DNA of 63,989 nucleotides, filler included, from Sandaracinaceae bacterium (GCA_947483975.1; 5 parts of 5 records of this genome joined end to end with filler, not necessarily neighbours in it); one strand, 5' to 3'. Positions 37,849 to 47,550 are shown, counted from the whole stretch's first letter. Numbers and translations: made by a program. Notes: generated from the letters alone by a model not told the origin.

Positions 37849-38907
37849 GTGACCTCGTTCCTCCACGTCGTCGGGGCTCGACCGAACTTCGTGAAAGCAG
37901 CGCCGGTCTTCCGGGCGCTTCGGAGCGCGGGAGTCACGACGCAATGGCTGGTGCACACAGGCCAGCACTACGACGCGAATCTCTCCGACGACATCGCGCA
38001 GGCGGTGGGACTGCCGACGCCGGACGTCCGCCTCGAGGTCGGCGCCGTCGCGGCCGGGCGGCAGGTAGCCGCAGTGCGAGTCGGCGTGGCGGAAGCGTGC
38101 GCGCGATTCAGGCCGGACGTGCTGGTGGCCTACGGGGACGTGAACTCGACTCTTGGCGCCACGCTCGGCGCAGCAGAGGCGGGAGTGGCGGTCGCGCACG
38201 TCGAAGCGGGGCTGCGATCGCGCGACTGGCGCATGACCGAGGAGCTGAATCGGATCCTCGTGGACCATGCCAGTCGATGGCTGTTTGCGACGGACGAGAC
38301 TGCGTTCCTCAACCTGCGGACGGAGGGAGTCCCGGCCGACCGGATACACGTCGTGGGGAACGTGATGGCGGATACTCTGCTGACGGCGCTCAGCACGCGC
38401 GCCGAGCCGGGCGAGCACGCCGTGGTCACGCTTCACCGACCCGAGAGCGTCGAGAATCCCGAGGTGCTTCGTGCGCTCGTGTCGTCGATCGCTCGACTCG
38501 CGCGGCGAACCCAGGTGCTGTTCCCGACCCATCCGCGGACCCGCGCGCGCCTGGACGCCTTGGGATTGCAGGAGAGTCTGCGAGCGGATGGGCTCGAGTT
38601 CCTGCCGCCGCTCGGCTACCTCGACATGGCGCGGGCGGTCGACTCCGCGCGCGTCGTCGTGACGGACTCCGGTGGTCTCCAAGACGAGTGTGCGGTGCTC
38701 GGCGTCCCCTGCATCACTTTGCGGGACACGACTGAACGGCCGGCCACGGTGGCGTGTGGCTCGAACCGCGTCGTGGGGACTGCCCCGGAGGCGATCGCCG
38801 CGGCAATCGAGGCCGTGTGGGCTGGCCCGCGGCGTGTTCCCGAGCGTCCGCCGCTTTGGGACGGGCACGCGGCGACGCGCATCGCCGAGATTCTGGCGCC
38901 ACGCTAG
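37849..38907 (+). CDS. wecB: UDP-N-acetylglucosamine 2-epimerase (non-hydrolysing)
   Basis: VVGARPNFVK, HTGQHYD, GDVNST, HVEAGLRS, EELNR, TLHRP, TDSGGLQ, RDTTERP. Confidence 0.93.
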   Translation: MTSFLHVVGARPNFVKAAPVFRALRSAGVTTQWLVHTGQHYDANLSDDIAQAVGLPTPDVRLEVGAVAAGRQVAAVRVGVAEACARFRPDVLVAYGDVNSTLGATLGAAEAGVAVAHVEAGLRSRDWRMTEELNRILVDHASRWLFATDETAFLNLRTEGVPADRIHVVGNVMADTLLTALSTRAEPGEHAVVTLHRPESVENPEVLRALVSSIARLARRTQVLFPTHPRTRARLDALGLQESLRADGLEFLPPLGYLDMARAVDSARVVVTDSGGLQDECAVLGVPCITLRDTTERPATVACGSNRVVGTAPEAIAAAIEAVWAGPRRVPERPPLWDGHAATRIAEILAPR

Positions 38908-39050
38908 GTGACCGTCGGGCAAAGCCCCTGCGGCCCACGGTGCGGCGCTACCGCGGCTCGTGCGCGGCGACGTGGCATCGAGCCCCTGAGCGATCTGGAG
39001 GCGGCGAAGAGCGCCGAGGTCGCTTCTTTGGGTGCTTCCGCGAGGCCGTA

Positions 39051-39150
39051 NNNNNNNNNNNNNNNNNNNNNNNNNNNNNNNNNNNNNNNNNNNNTTAATT
39101 AATTAANNNNNNNNNNNNNNNNNNNNNNNNNNNNNNNNNNNNNNNNNNNN
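39051..39150. other. Artificial contig linker
   Basis: N44-TTAATTAATTAA-N44. Confidence 0.99.
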
Positions 39151-39852
39151 CACGGCCTCGTCGTGCGTCAGCTCCGTCTTCCATGCGCCGACGCGCGTCT
39201 CGAACGTCAGCGCGTGCCGCAAGAGGCGCAGAAAGCGCGTCCGCGGCCAGTCCTCGGCGCCGAAGCGCTTGAGGTGCTCGGTGCGCACCTGGCAGTCCAC
39301 GAAGTGAAAATTCCAGTGCACGAGGTGCCCGAGCAGCACCGCGAAGGCAACCTTGGACGCGTCGCTCTCCCGCGCGAACATCGACTCGCCGAAGAACGCC
39401 CGCCCGAGCGACACGCCGTACAAGCCTCCGACGAGCTTGCCGTCGCGCCACGCCTCGATGCTGTGCGCGAAGCCGCGCTCGTGCAGCGCGCAGTAGCCCT
39501 CGATCAGCGCCTTCGTGATCCACGTGCCGTCTTGCCCGGGGCGCGGGGACTCCGCGCACGCCTCGATCACGGCCCGGAACGCCGTGTCGAAGCGCACCTC
39601 GAAGTCGCCGCGCTTCACGCGCTTGCGGAGCGTGCGCCCGACGTGCGCGTCCTTCGGCACGAGCACGAAGCGCGGGTTCGGGGAGAACCACATCAGCGGC
39701 ATCCCCTCCGACGGCCACGGGAAGATGCCGAGCCCATATGCGAGCAGCAGTCGCTCGGGCTTCGCGTCTCCGCCGACCGCGACGACGCCCTCGCGCGAGG
39801 CGCCCTCTGGGGGCGGGAAAATCAGGTCGTCTGTGAGCAAATACACGGGCAT
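39151..39852 (-). CDS. aat: Leucyl/phenylalanyl-tRNA--protein transferase (last codons cut by contig end)
   Basis: AYGLGIFPW, WFSPNPR, GTWIT, AHSIEAW, LVGGLYG, FFGESMF, DASKVA, DCQ. Confidence 0.95.
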
Positions 39853-39965
39853 GGGTGCTGAGTGGCCTTCTTTGGGGGGCGTCGGCTTGCACGCGGCCCT
39901 TGACTCGTGCTCCCTTGGGGCCGCTCGCGCCCCCACTCAGGGCGGCGCCCCACCAGAGAGACTAC

Positions 39966-40601
39966 ATGAAGCACAGCATCGCCCTCCTCGCCATCCTCGC
40001 CTTCTCGCTCGCCGCCTGTGGCGACGACGACGTCACCCCGCCGGTCATCGTCGTGGACGCTGGCGGCGGCGTCGACATGAACGTCACGCCCGTCGACATG
40101 GGCCACCCCGACGTCGACATGGGCCCGGCCTGCGCGCCCGCCAACATCATGCCGCTCCCGGCCGCCGCGCTTCCGCGCTGCGCCGTCGCGACGCAGACCG
40201 CCGTCGCCGCCTGTGGCCTCCCCACGAGCGCCGCGGCCAGCATGTGCATCGGCGCCGCCCTCGCGGCGGACACCACCGCTGCGTTCGACGCGGGCGGCGG
40301 GCAGACCATCGACTGCGGCGGTTGCTACAACCTCCAGCAGGTCGCCTGCCTCTACTCGTCGGGCTGTGACACCCAACTCGACCACCTCCTCTGCTGCGCC
40401 GAGGCCAACGGCTGCGCGGACCCGAGCACCTGTGCCGCGTGCGACGCCGAGTACACGGCCGTCACCAGCTGCGCCCCCGCGCACCTCGACTGCTTCACCG
40501 CGACGACCGGCATGCTGAACGATTGCTTCGGCGCCACGACGCCGGTCGTCGACGGCGGCACCCCCGCGACCGACGGCGGCGCGGCTCCTGACGCAGCCTG
40601 A
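39966..40601 (+). CDS. Cys-rich lipoprotein
   Basis: MKHSIALL...LAAC lipobox, DAG/DMG linker, many Cys. Confidence 0.8.
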   Translation: MKHSIALLAILAFSLAACGDDDVTPPVIVVDAGGGVDMNVTPVDMGHPDVDMGPACAPANIMPLPAAALPRCAVATQTAVAACGLPTSAAASMCIGAALAADTTAAFDAGGGQTIDCGGCYNLQQVACLYSSGCDTQLDHLLCCAEANGCADPSTCAACDAEYTAVTSCAPAHLDCFTATTGMLNDCFGATTPVVDGGTPATDGGAAPDAA

Positions 40602-40628
40602 TCCGACGGGCTCACCGCCCATCTGACG

Positions 40629-40675
40629 AACGAGGCCGGCCACGCAGCGATGCGTCGCCGGCCTCTCTCGTTTCT
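40629..40675 (+). terminator. Probable intrinsic terminator
   Basis: GAGGCCGGC.ACGCA-GCGA-TGCGT.GCCGGCCTC hairpin followed by a T-rich tail. Confidence 0.55.
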
Positions 40676-41034
40676 GTCGCTTCCGCCGGACAGCGGACAC
40701 CTGCGGAGGTGGTGTTCGGGCGCTCGGCAAGTTGCCGCTCACTCGCGCGCAGGCCTGAGTCGCCCGTCGCCATCGATGCACCGCCCCTCGTCGAGGGGCC
40801 AAGTCCCCTCGGGGGATGGGCACACGGGCGAGGGGGAGGTGCCTCTCGAGCCAGGGTGTGTTCCGCGCTAGCGGAGGATCGCAACGACTGGCGAGGGGAA
40901 TTCGATCTGCAGCGTGGGGGATTCAGGTTCGCATAGAGGGGAATTCGAGCTTGCGGACGGGATATCGATCTTCGCGGAGGTGCGTGGTCCCCCTTGACCA
41001 GCATGGTCTCTCGGTGGCTGAATCGTGGCGCATT

Positions 41035-41072
41035 CGGCCCAAGGTTCGGGCGTTCTGTCCAAGGTTGGGCAC
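41035..41072. repeat. Two degenerate REP-like copies
   Basis: CCCAAGGTTCGGGC and TCCAAGGTTGGGC, 20-bp period; same core as the repeats flanking the Y1 transposase. Confidence 0.65.
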
Positions 41073-41084
41073 TCGGGAGGCACG

Positions 41085-41849
41085 ATGGCGAGGCTCACGA
41101 CGCGTCAGAAGGCGCTGCGGGTGGTGGAGTTCCTGCTCGGGGTGCGGCACGAGGGCGTCGCGAGCGCACTCGCGCGGCACGGCTTCACGCCGGAGGAGCT
41201 GGCGGAGGGCTGGAGGCTCGTCGCCGCGCTGACGAGCGACGCGTTCGCGGAGCGGGAGCCGGTCGAGGTGCGCCCCGCCGAGCTCGCCGCGCTCCTCGCG
41301 TGGGAGCGCGCGTGGTTCCCGATCGCTGCGGCGGCGCTGCGCGCGCGGCACCCGACGCTCCACGAGGCGCTCTTCAACCGCCTCGCGCCGACGGAAGGCA
41401 ACGCCGTCGTCCTCGCGGTCGGCACGTTCCTCGACCGCCTCGCGGACCTCGAGGCCACCGACGCTGGCCGTCAGGCGCGCCAGCTGCTCGCTGCGCGCGG
41501 GCTCGACGCGCCCACCGTCGCCGAGGCGATGCGGCTGCTGGCGAGCGTCCGCGAATTCCGCGTGCCGGCCCCCCTGAGCCTCCGCACGAGCGAAGCGGCC
41601 GACCGCGACGCGGCGCGCGAGGCGGCGCTCTGGAGCTGGTATCTCGAGTGGAGCGCGATTGCGCGCGTGGCCATCGACGATCGGCACCAGCTGCGCGCGC
41701 TCGGCTTCCGACCGGGCGGCGCTGCGAGCGCGACCGAGGAGCCGTCGCCGGAGCCGCAGCCCGGGTTGCCAGAGCCGCAGCCGAACCTTGGTCCGCAGCC
41801 CGGGTTGCCGGAGCCGGAGCCGAACCCTGGTCCGCAGCCCGGGTCGTAG
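41085..41849 (+). CDS. Hypothetical alpha-helical protein with Pro-rich repeat tail
   Basis: GGGAGG SD; GFTPEELAEGWRL and WYLEWSAIARVAI...LRALG motifs; 39-bp tandem repeat tail. Confidence 0.75.
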   Translation: MARLTTRQKALRVVEFLLGVRHEGVASALARHGFTPEELAEGWRLVAALTSDAFAEREPVEVRPAELAALLAWERAWFPIAAAALRARHPTLHEALFNRLAPTEGNAVVLAVGTFLDRLADLEATDAGRQARQLLAARGLDAPTVAEAMRLLASVREFRVPAPLSLRTSEAADRDAAREAALWSWYLEWSAIARVAIDDRHQLRALGFRPGGAASATEEPSPEPQPGLPEPQPNLGPQPGLPEPEPNPGPQPGS

Positions 41850-41875
41850 CCTGCTCGGCGAGGAAGACGGAATGA

Positions 41876-42062
41876 CGGAACCCGACCCACGTTGAGTTTC
41901 GGAGCCTGGCGAACGGTGAGCGTCGAGCTGCGTCAGGTAGAGCAAGACGGGTGCGGTGGCGGAACCCGACCCACGTTGCGGAACCCGACCCACGTTGAGT
42001 TTCGGAGCCTGGCGAACGGTGAGCGTCGAGCTGCGTCAGGTAGAGCAAGACGGGTGCGGTGG
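41876..42062. repeat. 84-bp exact duplication with three copies of CGGAACCCGACCCACGTTG
   Basis: 41876-41959 identical to 41979-42062; 19-mer at 41876, 41960 and 41979. Confidence 0.92.
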
Positions 42063-42159
42063 GGGGCGGAGGTCCCGGAAATAGAGCGCGCCGCCCGAGT
42101 AGAGCCGCGGGGCAGTTCCCTTTTCCAGGAGCCGCGCCCGACGGTGTACGCTGACCATC

Positions 42160-43569
42160 ATGCGATCGCACAGGCCGGAGTTCCTCCTCGCGCTCCTCGC
42201 ACTTACCGTCACCGCCGCCTCCGTGGGCTGCGCCGAGGAAGACGGCCGCAAGCCCTCCGACGCCCACCTCGACGCCGGCACCTCCGATGCGTCCCAGGTT
42301 GACGCCGGCCCTTCCGACGCGGGCCTAGACGACGCGGCGCTCCCCGACGCAGGCCATCCGCCGGCCGACGCGGGCCCCGGCGCCGGCATGCTCTGCGGTT
42401 CAGTTTCTTATGATCGTCGGCCAATCGGGGCGACGGGGCTCGGCGCCGTCACCGCGGAGCCTCTCGCGGGCGCGACGGTGCTGCTCTTGCGTGGGGGCGC
42501 AGAGGCCGACCGCAGCCTGAGCGATGAGCGAGGGGGCTTCTGCTTCGGCGCGCTCGATGAGAGCGAGAGCGTCGAGGTCCGTGTCCTGGCGAGCGACGAG
42601 TTGGAGCTCCCGGCGGAGGTAACGGACTTCTACGCCGCCCTCTACTCGGTTCGCGCAGGTCCCTTCGTCGTCGGCGCGGGGCCGGTCACGATCCGCATTA
42701 CGCAGGGCGAGAACGCGGGCGCCTTCGCGATCTTCGAGACCATGCGCGGGGGCCTGCTCTTTGCGCGCACCGCGTTTGCGCGCGCAGATCTTTTCCCGAC
42801 GCAGAGCAACCGCTGGGAGAAGGGCAACTCTACGCCGGGTGGCACCTCATACTTCGCCGGCGATGCGATCTGGCTCCTCGGCGGGCCGATGGACACCGAC
42901 GAATACGACACGGCGGTCATCCTCCACGAGCTTGGTCACTACATCGAGGCAGTCTACGGCGCGACCGATACGGGTTCCGGTTCGCCCCACGCGGGCGCGG
43001 ACACGGATCCACGGCTGGCCTGGAGCGAAGGTTGGGCCACCCACTTCTCGAACCTCGCGAGCGGGAGCGGTGAATACCTGGACTCTTACGGGGACGGCAT
43101 CGCCTTGAACTACGACGTCGCGACCCTGCCGCTCTCGGGCGAATACGCCGGAAACGCGAGTGGCGGACTCAGCCAGAACCTCAGCGAGTGGCTGATCGCC
43201 GCCTCCCTCTACCGGCTCTACGAAGCGGACACCCCCGCTACGCAGTCCGCCCGGATGATGGCCGTCATCCGCGATTGGTTCGATCCACTCGTAACCGATC
43301 GCGGCGCGGGCGGCGGGGACTTCGTAGACTACCTCGACGGCTACCTGTGTCTAAATGCTGACCTGCACCACGAATTGATCATGAGCCACATCGTGGGCGA
43401 GCGGACCTTCCCCTACGACTTCGCCGGGAGCTGCCCTGCGCCCAAGCCCGGCCGACCCTACGACGCCCTCTCGGCCGACCTCAACGATCGGCGCGAGCCG
43501 CCCGGCCAAGTCTTGACCGACGCGCGAGGCCGGACGCTCCGCGAAGCGCACATCGACCGAGTTCGCTGA
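42160..43569 (+). CDS. Lipoprotein zinc metallopeptidase (gluzincin-like)
   Basis: Lipobox SVGC; DTDEYDTAVILHELGHY and LAWSEGWA motifs. Confidence 0.82.
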   Translation: MRSHRPEFLLALLALTVTAASVGCAEEDGRKPSDAHLDAGTSDASQVDAGPSDAGLDDAALPDAGHPPADAGPGAGMLCGSVSYDRRPIGATGLGAVTAEPLAGATVLLLRGGAEADRSLSDERGGFCFGALDESESVEVRVLASDELELPAEVTDFYAALYSVRAGPFVVGAGPVTIRITQGENAGAFAIFETMRGGLLFARTAFARADLFPTQSNRWEKGNSTPGGTSYFAGDAIWLLGGPMDTDEYDTAVILHELGHYIEAVYGATDTGSGSPHAGADTDPRLAWSEGWATHFSNLASGSGEYLDSYGDGIALNYDVATLPLSGEYAGNASGGLSQNLSEWLIAASLYRLYEADTPATQSARMMAVIRDWFDPLVTDRGAGGGDFVDYLDGYLCLNADLHHELIMSHIVGERTFPYDFAGSCPAPKPGRPYDALSADLNDRREPPGQVLTDARGRTLREAHIDRVR

Positions 43570-43761
43570 TCCCGAACGCGGCGGTCTCCCTGAAAGGCAA
43601 GTGTCGGTGTTTCCCGCGGTGCCACCGCCGCGAGCCGCGCGCCATGGCCGGTCCCAGGCGTCCTCTTCGTCCGTCCGATGTTCGCTCGGCGCTCAGTTCT
43701 CGATGCGCTGCGGGGGCACCGTCGGACGGTGAGGGGCTACCGCCCATCGAGTGCGCGTCGA

Positions 43762-43800
43762 CCCGACCAAGGTTGGGCTACCCGACCAAGGTTGGGCTGG
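43762..43800 (-). repeat. REP palindromes (2 tandem copies)
   Basis: Minus strand reads GTAG-CCCAACC-TT-GGTCGGG, i.e. GTAG tetranucleotide plus imperfect hairpin. Confidence 0.85.
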
Positions 43801-44039
43801 ATGTGGGCACCTGGTGCCGCGTCGGGGAGGCGTCCTCGAGGCGGCCTTCGGACCCGACGCTCCGCTCTCCCGGTCTAATCGAAGCCGCCCACTGGCTTCC
43901 GGTGCTGTCGGCGCCTCCGGGCAACCCGCGGCAATCCAGTCTTGCGCGCCGCTCGGCTACACCGCGGCCTCGACGGCCACGGTCCGCGTGGCGCCCCGCT
44001 ACGCGCCCGCTGTGCCCGTCGTTTGCGTGTACGGCGTCT

Positions 44040-44942
44040 CTACGCGGCGACGGCCGCGCCGTGATGCCGCACCATCCACCAAGTGCCGGCGGGGAACACT
44101 GCGTCACGGAGCCCGGCACGCCATCGAGCGAGCGCCGCGTCGTACGCCGCGCGAAAAGCGCGCAACGCGCGGACCGCAGCCTGATACGCACCCGGGACAC
44201 CGCCTACCGCGAACGTGGGATTGCGCGACGCGAGTGGCTCGAAGCTCGTCGCTCGGTCGTGCGGCGATACGTTCTCGGCGCGCTCGGCCCCGAGGAACTT
44301 CCAGCCCTTGTCGGCGACCTCTTGGCGAGCGCGCGTCTCGTGCTCGGCTGCCGAGGCGCGCGCGGCGTCGCGCCACGCGTCGGCGTCTTCGGCCCCGACG
44401 CCCGGCGGCAACGACAGTTCGAGTTCGGCGTAGTCGGGCCAAGCACCGTTTTCGGCGTCGAAGTAGTAGGCGGGGCGCGCCGCGCGCATACGACCACCCG
44501 CGAGGTCGGCGATGCGGCTCTTGGGGCCTGGCCAGTCGCGCGCATACCGCACGAGCGCCGAGGCGACTGGGTTTGCCAGCGCATAGCCGATCTTGTCGAG
44601 GATCGCCGCGCGTGTCGTCAGCTGAACCACGGACGTCTGCGCGTCGTCCCATGCCGTTCCTTCCCACTCGCGGAGCACTTTGAGCCCGAGCGCCACCGAG
44701 CGATGAAAGTGCGCGAGGAACGCGGGTAGCTCGCCGCACGGGTCAGTCGCTACAAGGTGGTAGTGTGTCGACATGGCGCAGAACGCGTGTATCTGCAGGC
44801 CGTAGCGAGCGGCCGAGACCGCCAGCGCGTAGACGAATAGCTGCCGTACGTCGCGGTCGGGCCGGAGCAAGAAGTGCCTGCGCAGAGTGCGGCGCGTGAT
44901 GAAGACACTGGAGCCGGGGAGGACGGGGCGAGCGCGGGACAT
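44040..44942 (-). mobile_element. REP-associated tyrosine transposase (RAYT, HUH Y1 family)
   Basis: FITRRT start motif, AMSTHYHLV (HUH), YALANPV catalytic Tyr; REP-like repeats on both sides. Confidence 0.88.
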
Positions 44943-45055
44943 CCGCGGACGTGGAGCAGGCGGCGTGCCGGAGGTCGCTTGTGTGATTTCAAGGGGTTAT
45001 GCGGACGAATCGGCGGACTCGCCGACGGCCGCCGCCAGGCCGCCGCCGGAACGTG

Positions 45056-45162
45056 CGACCAAGGTTGGGCTGGCCGGGCTGCCGGAACGTGCGACCAAGG
45101 TTGGGCTGGCCGACCCAGGTTGGGCTGCTAGCTCGAGGGCTGGCCGACCCAGGTTGGGCTGC
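45056..45162. repeat. REP-like cluster (4 copies)
   Basis: CGACC[AC]AGGTTGGGCTG at 45056, 45092, 45111 and 45145. Confidence 0.88.
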
Positions 45163-45236
45163 TAGCTCGAGTGGAGCGCTTCCGATAGAGCTTTCGTGGA
45201 AGGCGCCGCGCCCCGGGGCGCCGCCTAGGTCGCCGC

Positions 45237-47546
45237 CTAGGTCGCCGCCGAGGTGCTGACGAGCGCGAGCGACTTCTCGTCGGCCGCGACGCCGAACTCC
45301 GCCGTGCCGCCGTCGCGCAGGTCCCCGAACAGCAGCGCCTCCGCGAGCGCCTTCTTCAGCTGTTGCTCGACGAGGCGCGCCATCGGGCGCGCGCCCATCG
45401 CCGGGTCGTAGCCGTTCACGGCGAGCCAGGTGCGCGCCGACGGCGTGAGCGCGACGGTCACCTTCTTCTCGTCGAGCTGCCGCTGCAGCGCCGCGACCTC
45501 CTTGTCGACGACGAGCAGGATGATCTCGGGCGTCAGCCCGCGGAACAGGATCTGCGCGTCGAGCCGGTTGCGGAACTCGGGCGTGAAGAGCTTCTCGATC
45601 GCGCTCTTGGCCTTGCCCTCGTCGACGCCCGCGCTCGCGCCGAAGCCGATCGACTTCGTCGCGAGGTCCCGGGCGCCCGCGTTCGTCGTCATGATCAGCA
45701 CGATGTTGCGGAAGTCGGCCTTGCGACCGTTGTTGTCCGTCAGCGTCGCGTGATCCATCACCTGCAGGAGGATGTTGAAGATCTCGGGGTGCGCCTTCTC
45801 GACCTCGTCGAGCACGACGACCGCGTGCGGGTGCTTGCGCACGGCGTCCGTCAGCAGCCCGCCCTGGTCGAAGCCGACGTAGCCGGGCGGCGCGCCGATC
45901 AGGCGCGAAACCGTGTGCCGCTCGCCGTACTCGCTCATGTCGTAGCGCAGGAACTCGACGCCCATCACTGCGGCGAGCTGCTTCGCGAGCTCCGTCTTGC
46001 CGACGCCCGTCGGCCCGGCGAAGAGGAAGTTGCCGATCGGCTTGTCCGCCGCGCGCAGCCCCGCGCGCGAGAGCTTGATGCTCGCGGTGATCTGCGCGAT
46101 GGCCTCGTCCTGGCCGAAGATCACCTTGTGGAGCTCTTCGTCGAGGTGCTTCAGCTTGTCGCGGTCTGACGAGCTGACGGTCTTCTCGGGGATGCGCGCC
46201 ATCTTCGCGACGACGTGCTCGATGTCCGCGACGCTGATCGTCTTGCCGCCGCGCAGGCGCACCATCGCGCCCGTCTCGTCGATGACGTCGATCGCCTTGT
46301 CGGGGAGCAGTCGCTCACGGAGGTGGAGCGCCGAGAGCTTGGTCGCCGCCTCGAACGTGCCCGGCTCGTACGTCGCGCCGTGGTGCGTCTCGTAGCGGCT
46401 GCGCAGCCCCTCGAGGATCAGCACGGTCTCGTCCTCCGAGGGCTCGTTGACCTCGATCTTCTGGAAGCGCCGGGCGAGGGCGCGGTCGCGATCGAAGCTG
46501 CTCTTGTACTCCTCGAACGTCGTCGAGCCGATGCAGCGCAGCTTGCCGCTCGCGAGCGCGGGCTTGAGGATGTTGGACGCGTCCATCGAGCCGCCCTGCA
46601 CGGAGCCTGCGCCGACGATCGTGTGGATCTCGTCGATGAAGAGGATCGCGTTCGGCAGCTCTTGCAGCTTCTTGATGACGCCCTTGAGCCGCTGCTCGAA
46701 CTGCCCGCGGAACTTCGTCCCCGCGAGCAGCGCGCCCATGTCGAGCGAGTAGACGCGCGCGTCCTTGATCGCGTCGGGCACCTTGCCCTCGAGGATGTGG
46801 AGCGCGAGCCCCTCGACGATGGCGGTCTTGCCGACGCCCGGATCCCCCACGAAAATGGGGTTGTTCTTGCGGCGCCGCACGAGGATCTGCACGGTGCGCG
46901 CGAGCTCGTCGGTGCGGCCGATCAGCGGGTCGATGTGCCCCGCGACCGCCTCGGCGTGCAGGTCGACCGTGTACGCCTTGAGCGGGTCCTTGGCGCTGTC
47001 GCCATCGCTCTCTTCGCCGTCTTCGCCGTCGTCGTCGTGGAGCTCGGGGATTCCGTCGATGCCCGAGTCGTGATCGTCGTGATCGTCGTCGTCGTCGTCG
47101 GAGCTCGGCTCGATGCCGTGCGAGAGGAACTGCTTGAGGTCGAACGCGGTGACCCCCTCGGCCTTCAGCAGGAAGACCGCGTGGGACTCCTCCTCCTTGT
47201 ACATCTGCACGAGCACGTTGCCGCCATCGATGATCTTCTGATCCGAGGACATCACGTGAATCGCCGCGCGCTGCAGCACGCGCTCGACCGAGATGGTCGT
47301 CTGCGGGCTGACGTCGACCTCCTCGGGCACGGCCGACATGCTCTCCGAGAGGAACTGCTCGAGCTCCTTGCGGAGGCGCGGGATGTTTGCTCCGCACGCG
47401 CGCAGCGCCTTCCCGGCGCGCGGGTCTTTCGTCAGCGCGAGCAGCAGATGCTCGAGCGTGACGTACTCGTGGCGGCGTTCAGTCGCCTCGTCGAAGGCGG
47501 TGCGCAGCGCTGCTTGAAGCTCTTTGGCGAGAATCGGGCTCGGCAT
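45237..47546 (-). CDS. clpA: ATP-dependent Clp protease ATP-binding subunit ClpA
   Basis: [45 protein letters not shown]; no ClpB middle domain; adjacent to clpS. Confidence 0.95.
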   Translation of the reverse strand: MPSPILAKELQAALRTAFDEATERRHEYVTLEHLLLALTKDPRAGKALRACGANIPRLRKELEQFLSESMSAVPEEVDVSPQTTISVERVLQRAAIHVMSSDQKIIDGGNVLVQMYKEEESHAVFLLKAEGVTAFDLKQFLSHGIEPSSDDDDDDHDDHDSGIDGIPELHDDDGEDGEESDGDSAKDPLKAYTVDLHAEAVAGHIDPLIGRTDELARTVQILVRRRKNNPIFVGDPGVGKTAIVEGLALHILEGKVPDAIKDARVYSLDMGALLAGTKFRGQFEQRLKGVIKKLQELPNAILFIDEIHTIVGAGSVQGGSMDASNILKPALASGKLRCIGSTTFEEYKSSFDRDRALARRFQKIEVNEPSEDETVLILEGLRSRYETHHGATYEPGTFEAATKLSALHLRERLLPDKAIDVIDETGAMVRLRGGKTISVADIEHVVAKMARIPEKTVSSSDRDKLKHLDEELHKVIFGQDEAIAQITASIKLSRAGLRAADKPIGNFLFAGPTGVGKTELAKQLAAVMGVEFLRYDMSEYGERHTVSRLIGAPPGYVGFDQGGLLTDAVRKHPHAVVVLDEVEKAHPEIFNILLQVMDHATLTDNNGRKADFRNIVLIMTTNAGARDLATKSIGFGASAGVDEGKAKSAIEKLFTPEFRNRLDAQILFRGLTPEIILLVVDKEVAALQRQLDEKKVTVALTPSARTWLAVNGYDPAMGARPMARLVEQQLKKALAEALLFGDLRDGGTAEFGVAADEKSLALVSTSAAT

Positions 47547-47550
47547 GGGA

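Noticed and set aside
39151..39852. Pseudogenes at aat, the M1 peptidase and other edge genes
   Set aside because: Truncations coincide with contig ends; no internal stops or frameshifts seen
41876..42062. Possible mini-CRISPR array
   Set aside because: Repeat is only 19 bp, the spacers are identical or absent, and there are no cas genes; better explained as a REP-linked duplication
45056..45171. Possible CRISPR repeats upstream of the transposase
   Set aside because: Irregular, very short, non-unique spacers; matches the REP motif instead
45219..45254. 12-bp tandem repeats at the clpA stop, and similar micro-duplications at 91-126 and 23466-23551
   Set aside because: Likely ordinary replication slippage at gene ends with no evident function
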